Source: Lobosporangium transversale (taxonomy: Eukaryota). From it: a stretch of DNA of 64,000 nucleotides. Below are positions 27,881 to 37,454 of the stretch, piece by piece. The number at the start of each line of letters is the position of its first letter. Positions within the stretch are counted from its first letter, which is position 1. A program made the position numbers and the translations under genes. The notes under the pieces were generated by a model. That model saw nothing but the letters and a program-made list of their open reading frames with translations, was not told the origin of the DNA and made no database searches. The stretch is taken from the NCBI RefSeq assembly GCF_002105155.1, contig NW_019028990.1, positions 372,001 through 436,000 on the forward strand, in the 5' to 3' direction.

Positions 27881-28237
27881 TGAAAATTAAGATGAGTGTG
27901 GTTGAAATGCAGGGAGAATGATGGGTAAATAGGCGAAGGTATATTCTATACTCTTTCACCCGTGGTCACGGTATGGAAACAATAATGAAAAATGTGTAAG
28001 GCAAAAAAAAAAAGAAGGAAAGGAAAAGAAAGGCAATAAATGAAGGCTTGGAATGAATAAAAGAGGTAAGTGGTGAAATATGAAAAAAGTGAAAAAAAAG
28101 GTAAAGGAGAGTGCGAAAATGAAGTGAAGCAAAGGAAAGAAGGACTTTATTTCAAGGTTAGGCGACGTGTGAGAAAATATTTTTTTCAAATCAGCCACGT
28201 GCCATTTTCTGGGTCATTGTGACGTAACAATCTTTAG

Positions 28238-28415
28238 CAGAGAGTCAAGCTTGTCACTCTTTTTGGTTAGTCCTTTTCAATTATAAGAATTTTGTTAAGT
28301 AAACCATTTATATTTGAAAGAGTCTAGCCAAAAAGAGCGACAAGCTTGACCCTCTGGCGCAAAGAACTCATTTCTCAGTCTCGTCACCAGCTTGAGGACG
28401 AAGTTCATGTGCACA
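28238..28415. repeat. Branched palindrome centre: 119-bp hairpin (28238-28356, 21-nt loop) plus 59-bp hairpin (28357-28415) related to the element terminus
   Basis: cagagagtcaagcttgtcactctttttggttag... pairs with ...ctagccaaaaagagcgacaagcttgaccctctg. 28380-28415 ctcgtcaccagcttgaggacgaagttcatgtgcaca matches 22329-22368. Confidence 0.8.
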
Positions 28416-28814
28416 CTAAAGATTGTCACGTCACAATGACCCAGAAAATGGCACGTGGCTGATTTGAAAAAAATATTTTCTCACACGTCGCCTAACCTTG
28501 AAATAAAGTCCTTCTTTCCTTTGCTTCACTTCATTTTTGCACTCTCTCCCTCTTCCTTTGCCCTTTTTTTTTCACTTTTTTCATATTTCACCCCAGTTTT
28601 GCTCCCATCAATTTTGCTCTTTTATTTATTCCAAGCCTTCATCTATTGCCTTTCCTTTCTTTTCCTTTCCTTTCCTTTTTTTTTTTTTTTGCCTTACACA
28701 TTTTTCATTTTTGTTTCCATACCGTGACCACAAGTGTGAAAGAGTATAGAATATACCTTTGCCTATTTACCCATCATTCTCCCTGCATTTCAACCACACT
28801 CATCTTAATTTTCA

Positions 28815-31331
28815 ATGGCCACCACAAGGAGCTCAACACAAAAAAACATGGCTGCAAATGATTCCACAGAGAGCCAAGCACAAAAAAAAATGACTGCAAA
28901 TAAGCCTGAGGATGCCTCCATACTCAATAAACGAAAAAGAGTAAACCAGCACCCACAACGAAAAAAGCGCGCCATCCCACTGCTACTGCTGAACTGCGTT
29001 GTCGAGGGAGAAGCAACGTCGTTCCCAGTAGAGATTTTCTGCGATAAATCGGTCGGGATGCTCAAGCAAGCAATCTACCCCAATATTACTGTGGATCCAA
29101 GCATTAAGTCCAAAGATCTCACCCTCTACAAGGTCTCCATCCCTGACAAAGGCGAGGCCATCTTTGAGTCAGAAATCGAGTCAAAAGAGGCTCTTACAGT
29201 CGCATCAAGGGAGCTTGGGGACATATTCAACTCTGAACTTCCAAAGGAAACTATCCATGTTTTTGTCAAGCCACCACAGCGAGGTATATCCTTGGCTCTT
29301 GATGGACTGATTGTTGATATTTTCAGCTGATGAAGCTTGGTTTGTATCTTAAACGGCCATGTGCATAATATCACCATTTGGTTTGTGTCTTGATAACTCA
29401 ACGTTCTTTCTCATTATTCGCTTTTGATACTTAGGTCAGAAAAGAAAACAAGATGGAGATTCTGGTGAGTGCTTTTGGCCGAGAATCTGGTTATTGATCA
29501 TTTTAGAGTGATGTGCAATAAATCAAAAATATTGACTTTGATCACTCTATCTCCTTTATCAGAGTCACCCTCTAAAAAAGCTCGTCCAAGCATGAATAGA
29601 GATACTCTTATGGACGCGATTACAGAAGCAGGACTTGTAACGAAAGGGATAGTGGATGGTAGGCCTGCCATCTCGCGTCTAAACTCGAAAGAGAGGGTCA
29701 AGCTGCTTTCGTACATGGGGAAGACAGCAGTAGATAGTATTTACTACAGCATTATTAGCGTGGCTCGCGAGCTCCGAAATTCTGGTGGTATCAAGGATTC
29801 CAAAATATTGACTGCCCCTGAGGGTTGTGTCTTCCCTGTTGCCGGAACAAGGCATCTTTATATCAGAGATGAGTATAAAGAGCTTTATGACCATATTACA
29901 TCCGGATTAAGTACCCGTCATGAAGTACCTCGTTTGAACCGCCTCTTTATCACTGGAACGCCTGGAATTGGGAAGTCAGCCTTTTTGGTCTATTTTGCCA
30001 TCCGCCTCCTTGCCGAACACGATGAGGAAAATCCACCGATTATTATTTTCCAAGAGGAGCAGCATACCAGTTGTTATGTTTATGGAGGAACAACTTGCCA
30101 ACGTTATGGGGAGAGAGTAGATTTCAAAGATTTCCTTGACCAACGTGAAACGTGGTATTTAGTTGATAGTGGTAAAAATCCTCAACCAGGTAAAGCCAGG
30201 ACGATATTTTCAGCATCGCCAAGAACTCTCTATGGGCATTACGATGAACTCACCAAGGAAAATACACCAGATAACTACTATCATATGTCACTCTGGAGTC
30301 TGGCTGAGCTTAAGGAATGTAGAACCAATGTAAAGTTTTTTCATGTAGTGAGTGAAGCATTTTTGGAGGAGCTTTTTTACTACTTGGGGGGCGTGCCAAG
30401 ACAGGTTCTACAGTGTCCAGCCAATGTACTATCCAAAAATCAAAATAATACTGAGCGTGCTAAAGAAGCTGCGTTATTCCGCGTCAATGATGCCATTAGT
30501 ACACTCAAGAAACCAGCAAATCTTCTAAGGCTCTTTGCACGAGGAAAAGATGCGAGTGGATTTAGTCGTTTACTCCATAGAGTTCCTACTTCTGACCACC
30601 TCCACTTCCACCTGGTATGGGCATCTCGTTGGGTCGAATCACAGATTATGGACAAAATAAAAGATAACACTTGGGTCGATGTGTTGGCGAGACTTGTCAT
30701 AGGCGGAGAGGATATAGCTAAAGGCCCACTGTTTGAAATCTATGCTCATCGCTTATTTCGACATGGTGATATTAGATTTCCCTTTAGGGATCTCCAGTCA
30801 GGTGAAACAGGAGTTCTTGATTTTCCAGCAAATCCAGAAGAGGTGTTTATCCGGACTTCAGAGGAATTATCAGGGCTCACTCAAGCAGCTGGCAAGTTGT
30901 TTGTACCAGAACATTCTAAATTTCCGTGCATTGATTTTGCATTGGGACCCAACGAGCTATTTCAGGTCACAGTATCAGAGAAGCATCCGATCAAGCAAGC
31001 ACCATTCAAGGAGATGATTGATTGTATTACTGGACCCTGCTTGAAGGGAGACCAATCAAAGTCGAAGGGAGACCGATCAAAGTCGAAGGGAGACCGATCA
31101 AAGTCGAAGGGAGACCGATCAAAGTCGAAGGGAAGTGATGATATTTTCCTCTATTTTGTGGTGCCAGGAGACGTATATAACGATTTTAAAGTTCAGAACT
31201 TTCTTACCGCCAGAAATACGGTCGTCAAGAAGCCATATAAATGCTTAAAACATGTAAGACAGCGTGTCATAAAAATCGACATCGAAGCTGCATATTCAGG
31301 AGGATCAGCCGGTACGAATCTGAAGAATTAA
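28815..31331 (+). CDS. Crinkler (CRN) family protein, second copy. 3 exons (28815-29283, 29435-29464, 29563-31331), ~755 aa
   Basis: Same motifs as the mirror copy, with 3 amino-acid differences near the N-terminus. Introns gtatat..ttag and gtgagt..tcag, both phase 1. The spliced frame reads KPPQR-GQKRKQDGDS-ESPSKKAR. Confidence 0.88.
31043..31133 (+). repeat. 21-bp coding minisatellite (gaagggagaccgatcaaagtc x ~4.3; KGDRSKS repeats). Mirror at 25562-25652.
   Basis: Directly visible tandem copies. Confidence 0.95.
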
Positions 31332-31919
31332 ATCGAATACCAATCAAGTGGATGAAATTTTGTCTTTTTTTAAAAAAAAGCATTATACCCATTCCTTGAG
31401 AAATTTTTACAATGGTTCATTCTTTATGAATGAAGCCATCATTATCCACTTACCTTCTAGACGAATAAATAGAGCGGTTTAATCCGTCCTCCCTTCTACT
31501 GGGGCATTTAGAACTATAAAGCTGTGATCATTATGCGATCTTGTGTGCAAGAAAAGGCAGGATTTTGTGATACTATTATCAAAGAGTTTTGTAAAAACGG
31601 ATAGAGATGAAGAATCCTGTGGAGAACCCAGTGAGAGTCTGATGATGAGACCCAAAACCATATTATTATCACCAGGACAGCTGGCATAGGAAATTATCCT
31701 TTCTCGTATGCTTTGTCATCTGGATGCTTGCCACTTGCGAAAGACCTATCAATTATCATCATCCAGGGCGCCAAAACGTTTACCGGGAGCTAGGATGACA
31801 GCTCCACTCTAAAGACATAAATGTCGTTTTAGCCCCATGGTGCGCGTGCACGGGATGGCAACCTGTGGCCAATGAGATCATATTAGTTGTATGTTCGGCC
31901 AATTTACCCTTTTTACTTG

Positions 31920-32800
31920 TCCGAAGGTAGAATGACGCCTAGCCAATGGATGCTATTGCAAGTGTGTCCACAGGTCCTTGGAGAAGTCCATTGAGGAAAC
32001 TCGGTTCCATCCAGGACAGATTTATTCCTAGCGTTCTTCACAAAAGTAGCAGAATTGCTTGGTGGAGTTGGCTTTAATTGCCTTGACAAGCTCCTGCAAG
32101 ATTGGTTCGACAATCTAATCAGGGTCCTTTCGGAGCGGCATCAAAGCAACTCTATGTTTTTGGTTGTTTTGAACGAGGCGCAGGATGTGGGGAGGGGAGG
32201 CTAAATACCAGTTTATTAATAACGACGACACTATGCGACCAATATTATCAGCATTCTTTCATGGATTGGAGGGTTTATCAGAGAATTTAGCACGAATTTG
32301 CATAGTTCCTTGCGGGATAGGCTTTTGTATTTATGATCCTGCTTGGGTTAAGAGAACTGGCAAAGCTTCAAGGAATATCGAGAAGTTCTCGATGACTCCC
32401 CTACGTCTGGCACAAAGGGCACACATTTTGAGTATTTCAGTCCCGCTTTGTTTAATTTCAATCTTCCAGAATTATAACAATGAACGAATTCTTGGATACT
32501 CACTGTAACAAAGACTCAATACATGAATCCAAGTTAATCTCGCTCTTTTTTGTTTCCAAAAGAGAACCCATCTGGACCAGATATCGTCTTTGTACTAGAA
32601 TCGGAGGGTAAATATTATCCTGGTTCCGTACAATCAAAAATCGGCGATAAGGTCAAGAATTAAGGATGCCCACAATACAACTTGCCATAATTGCATCAAA
32701 GAACACCTCTCATCACCGTCTTCTCTCGGCTTTTGCTCGAATGGCATATCCTTGTTGCTGTTGTTTAGGCCTTACTTATCACGCTGCCTTATCATGTTGT
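31920..32800 (+). pseudogene. Decayed second-family CRN-type NTPase+REase cassette
   Basis: Across frames: SQWMLLQVCPQV, FLVVLNEAQ (Walker-B-like), RPILSAFFHGL...ICIVPCGIG, then FLFPKENPSGPDIVFVLE...VQSK (PD-(D/E)xK-like). Stops and frameshifts. Family assignment is from my recollection of Mortierella CRN C-termini. Confidence 0.65.
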
Positions 32801-33304
32801 CTTATCACGAACAGGACGATTATTCGGTAGCTAAAGTCAAAGAAGCCCCTGTCATCAAAGACAAACGAATAGAAACGACGTACTCAATATTAGCTTGTTG
32901 AACTTCCTTGAAAGTGCAAGGGAGTCCTTCAAGAAGTCAGAATTGACCCGAGTTGTGGGGGATGAGGGAGAAGGAAGCAAGCCCAAAGAACCACAGGCAA
33001 GGAGGACATCAAGTGAATTGTCGATAAAGCTACAGCTATGGAAAATAAGGAAGAGCTGAGCAAACCCAGCGGATCAAATAAAAGAAAAAGTGCAAGCGGA
33101 GGACGACAAGCCCAATAGGTCAAGCAGGGATAAGGGACCAAGGAAAAAGTAGCGATCGCTTCTTTTACTTCTTTTTACTCGCCATTGTTTATGACAATGG
33201 CACAGACACAGTTTTGTAATATAGCACTAATAGATAAATTAAAATATCGCTATTCAATAAACCTGAGCAAGGAGAAGTGACCACACCAAGCGGATTGCCG
33301 CAGC

Positions 33305-33744
33305 TGCATCAGAATTTTCTCAAGCAAGTGGCAAGTTGTTTCTATTGTCTATTCCTATCTTTCCACCCATAAGTTGTGTGTTGGGGCCCGACAAGCCATT
33401 CCAGGTCACATCAGAGGAGCATCCGATCAAGCAAGCATCATTCAAGGAGATGATTGATAATATTTACTGGATCATGCTTGAAGAGAAACCGATCAAACCT
33501 CGGAGAAAAGTGACAATATCACATTCCTCCGTTCCATGGTCCCAGGCGACATACACGTCAAGCTTAAAGTTTAGGAGCTCGTTATCAACAACGATCAGAG
33601 TGTTAAGGCAACACCTAGATATTTAAAACATGCGGGACAGCATGTCATAAAAACTCGCATCAATACCGCATATGCAGGAGGATCGCCGAGGTTCAAGCAT
33701 GAAGAAAAGAGTCGAATGTCAATCAAGTGAAAGGAATTTTGTCT
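33305..33744 (+). pseudogene. Decayed 3' fragment of CRN paralogue (mirror of 22951-23390)
   Basis: GPDKPFQVTSEEHPIKQASFKEMID. Similar to ~30860-31365. Confidence 0.85.
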
Positions 33745-34505
33745 TGATTGATATAAAAGAAAACGAAAGGAATAATAAGGATGAATGAATATAACTCATT
33801 CGGTAAATTTTTTCTTCCTCACTTCCACTTATTGGTTTTATAATAGGCACCCAGAGTGGTCGGAGCTTCAAGAAACTAGCATCAATGCGTTTGGCAATTG
33901 TATTTGAAGCAACCTTCTATAAGAAATGGAAAGGAATACTGGCTGTAACAAGGATAAAATCCAAAAGCGAAGTTGGAGGTACTGCCAAAAGGTTCAAATG
34001 AGGAAGATGAGGGAGGACGGGTCTGGTAGTCGTGAGCAAAATGCACTTTACCAGCCCACGTTCAAGTATCGGTAACCTTTGTAAGAGTAGAAAAATGTCG
34101 ATTCAGACAACGGCACACAGACCACTGGCGGGATCAATAGCAACCTACCAATTCGGCATGGAGAGAATAGGTCTTTCAGTGGGTTTGTTTAACAATATGA
34201 ACTGGTTCTAGGAAGCTTGGATGAACTTTCTAACCACAGAAGCAGATATCCCTGAGAAAGCACGTAGTTTTAAATTAGAAAATATGCGTGTGGACAATCT
34301 TTCACAGTCACATGCTGTTCTTCCACTTGTGACGGATCGTTGTTGTTGTTGGATCTAAAAACATCCTTCAGAGAATCAGAGAAGAAAGAATCAAAGCTGT
34401 GCTTTCTTTTTCTATTGCAATTGTAGTTTGGTTTCTACTACTTTTTTGTCTTTGCCGCCTGTACAAAGACCTTCTTCTCTTTGTAACTCCATTTGATCTT
34501 ACAGC

Positions 34506-34685
34506 ATGGGTTCCACTAATGTTGAGCAAGACATGCTCGACCTCAAAAAGTCGTTGCAGGATGCTCAAACTAAAGGAAACGCATCGGTATGGACATGTCC
34601 CTCCACCTGTTTTTCCAAATTCTTAAGTGTCTCATATGGTTTGTGGGTTTGGGTCGTGTAATAAACTATTTCCAACGATCGAATG

Positions 34686-34716
<31 letters not shown>

Positions 34717-34994
34717 CTCTCTTCAGCTCGGATAGTGTCAATGTCTGCGATCGTATTCTGTAGAATTAATATATTAATAATCGACTATCTTGCTACACTC
34801 CGAACAAAAAACTAGCAAATCATCAGTCTTTTAAAGCAACTCAGCAAGTTTACTGTAACGCCTGCTCTTCTTCGGGTAAGATAGTCTTACTAATAGTAAT
34901 AGAGCGATTTGAAATTTTTAGAAAGTGATAGAGAGAAAGAAAGAAGGAAAGAAAGAAGGAAAGAAAGAAGGAAAGAAAGAAGGAAAGAAAGAAG

Positions 34995-35030
<36 letters not shown>

Positions 35031-36015
35031 TAACTGTTATTGCTTTTTTCTTATATTCTAAATAGAAAACTGAAATGGGTCTTTTCGTCAATAAAATGAA
35101 AACTCATGAAAATTCAGAAGTATCTAGGATGGCCAAGGATATTGTCAAGAGTTGGAAGGCACAGGTTATGAAGGACACTCCATCATCGACAGCTTCCACT
35201 GCTTCAACCAAGTCCGAAAGCACTACATCATCATCAAAGCCCAAAGTAGATACAAAGCCTTCGCCCGCTCAAATTCAAAATCCATCAAGGGAGGGATCTT
35301 CAACAGCAAGCTCACCAAGGACACCGACGGATACACCCAGAAGTCGTACAGTTCGAACGGATGGTATGCGTATTAAAACGACAGGAGATGATGTTCGTGA
35401 TAAGTGTATTGAGATGCTTTATGAAGCTCTCGGATTCAATTCCAATGCAGGTAAAAAAAAAAAAAAAAAAAAAGAATGTTTCACGAACAGAATATCCGAA
35501 GGTTCTTGGAACTCTCCTTATTATTATGATTGCTCTCTCATTTTAAGTATACTTTACTTTTTTACTTATTAATGTGCATAGAGTCAGAACGTTTGCTTTC
35601 AAAGGCCACTAGTATTGAGGCGACTGTGTTCAAGAAGCTCTCAGTAGATAATAAGCCTAGCAAAGACTATAAGTCTAAGATCCGAACCTTCTTTATGAAC
35701 TTGAAAGATAAGAACAATCCAAAGTTGCGTGAAGCTGTGGTAGATGGAGATGTGGCAGTGGAGGACTTTTGTGAATATACGACTCAGGATATGGCTTCTG
35801 CTGAGGCCAAGGCGCGTGATCGAGCGATCGAAATAGAAAATATGAAGAATGCCAAAGGAGCAGAGGAACAACAGGCAGAGACGGACATGTTCAAGTGTGG
35901 CAAGTGCAAGGGAAGGAAGACTCGTTATTATCAGATGCAAACTCGGTCAGCTGATGAACCGATGACAACTTTTGTGACATGTATTAATTGTGGTAACCGC
36001 TGGAAGTTTTCATAA
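34506..36015 (+). CDS. DST1: Transcription elongation factor TFIIS, 4 exons
   Basis: N-terminal domain (KTEMGLFVNK...IVKSWK), central domain (VRDKCIEML, YKSKIRTFFMNLKDKNNPKLR), and Zn ribbon CGKC...QMQTRSADEPMTTFVTCINCGNRWKFS. Confidence 0.96.
34936..34995 (+). repeat. (gaaagaaagaag)n purine-rich tandem repeat followed by polyA in a TFIIS intron
   Basis: Direct observation. Confidence 0.85.
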
Positions 36016-37101
36016 AACAAAGAAGGAAAAACCCCTTCAAGACCAACCCCCAGACGCGACCTCCCATTTCTCTCTGATTATTTGATGATCGTTTTCATTC
36101 TTTTTTGTTTTTTATTTTTTTTATTGATCGATCGGATAATATAGCTCTAATAAAAGGGATATTATGGAAGTCAATCTTCACCCTCTCTCTATTTTAGTCA
36201 TGTATTTTTGTTCAAGATCTATCAAGTGAAAGAGTTATTGTTGAAGAAACAGTAATCTCGGAGAAAACCTGATGTAGCTGAGATAATCGGACGCGATCTG
36301 TGGGGGGATACATGTGGAGCACGTTACGGGAATTAGGTTCATTCTTACAAAGACGCATCTAAAGAACTGAATAAGCGGGAAAACTTTGTAATCTATTTTA
36401 GCCAAGCTACATTTTTTTTTCCCAGTGTAACATTGCTTTTTGGGGAATAAAAAAGCTGTAAGCGGGATGTGGGGCGGTGTTCTGTCCCATGCCTTTCTAC
36501 TCAATATATGTTGAGTGAATGGGGAAATATGAATGCAGCTCTTTGTCATTTAGTACTTTTCTCATTCTTTCAAGTCCCTTCTCATTCTCTTCATTCTTCT
36601 TTTCTTCCTCTTCTCAATCTTTTTTGAATCTTAAAGCGAACAAAGTCCACACCCTTTTTCACCCTTTCAAATTCATTTAACCCTTTCTTTGTTCTCACCA
36701 CAACCAAGCTGTCTTCCTGGACGAGGTCTCTATATCTGAGGTCGTCGCCTTCGTCCTCGTTGTCGTTGCCGTTGCTGCCATTGCCTCGACTGCGACACCA
36801 TCCAACTTTATTACAGCTTCGACCTCAACTTCGGGCTGTTGGGACATACCCTTTAAGGTTCAAGTCAATAACACGAATCTGTTGCGATGCACAACAAAGC
36901 CCATTGCCAGTATCATTAGCATCAGTGAACCAATATCCCTATTATCCTCATCACGCCTTCATTGAAAAGGTGGTTCAAAGAAGAGGCCATCACAACAACG
37001 CACAGCCGCCGTTGCTATTGCTTTCGACTTTACAACAACCCACAGCCACCACCACCACTACCACAGCATTATTTAAATCCATCAATTCCCGAAAGCAACA
37101 A

Positions 37102-37414
37102 ATGGATCAACGTACTGTAACAACAAGTACTCTGGGCGCAGAAAACAGTGTCAATAATAAGGATCATGTAGAAAACACTGATCTGGAACAACACTGTTTG
37201 CTGTTCCCAACATATGCCACAAGACACTCTCGATCAGGTAATGAGGATGGATATTTAGTACACGGACGGGTATTATTTTATTAAATCGAGTGACCTCGTG
37301 CAACAAGTGTTTTGTCTTTTTTTTACTTGCTCAGATTGACATGTGTTGGTGCGCTAGTCCGCGTTGCAAAGTTTAATGTCTTTCTTCGATTTGACTGATA
37401 TGACAATGTCGTCA

Positions 37415-37454
<40 letters not shown>

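Larger units (their letters stand above)
22323..28286 (-). mobile_element. Putative CRN-carrying mobile/repeated element, copy A
   Basis: Sequence from 22323 (tgtaggctcgtcacc...) recurs at 62711 with a different flank. 22951-28286 recurs inverted at 28308-33744. Contains an intact CRN gene and two CRN pseudogene fragments. Confidence 0.7.
22951..33744. repeat. ~10.8 kb palindrome (inverted repeat). Arms 22951-28286 and 28308-33744.
   Basis: Mirror ORFs with identical translations whose coordinates sum to 56695 (25364/31331, 27880/28815, 23069/33626). Match ends at 22951/33744. Confidence 0.97.
28308..33744 (+). mobile_element. Putative CRN-carrying element, copy B (inverted, truncated ~630 bp before the terminus seen in copies A and C)
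   Basis: Reverse complement of 22951-28286. Lacks the counterpart of 22323-22950. Confidence 0.7.

Noticed and set aside
22323..28286. Classification as Helitron, LTR retrotransposon or classic TIR transposon
   Set aside because: No TC...CTRR ends, no gag/pol, Rep-helicase or DDE ORF, no long perfect TIR and no TSD demonstrable in this window.
31043..31133. CRISPR-like array
   Set aside because: Contiguous 21-bp coding repeats with no spacers, in a eukaryotic gene.
22951..33744. Palindrome as a pure sequencing or assembly fold-back artefact
   Set aside because: The arms differ by substitutions, indels and a 59-bp insert near the centre, and unique genes continue on both sides. It still needs read-level confirmation.
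33745..34320. Coding-like stretch next to the palindrome end
   Set aside because: Short interrupted frames with no motif I can assign. It may be a remnant, but that is unsupported.
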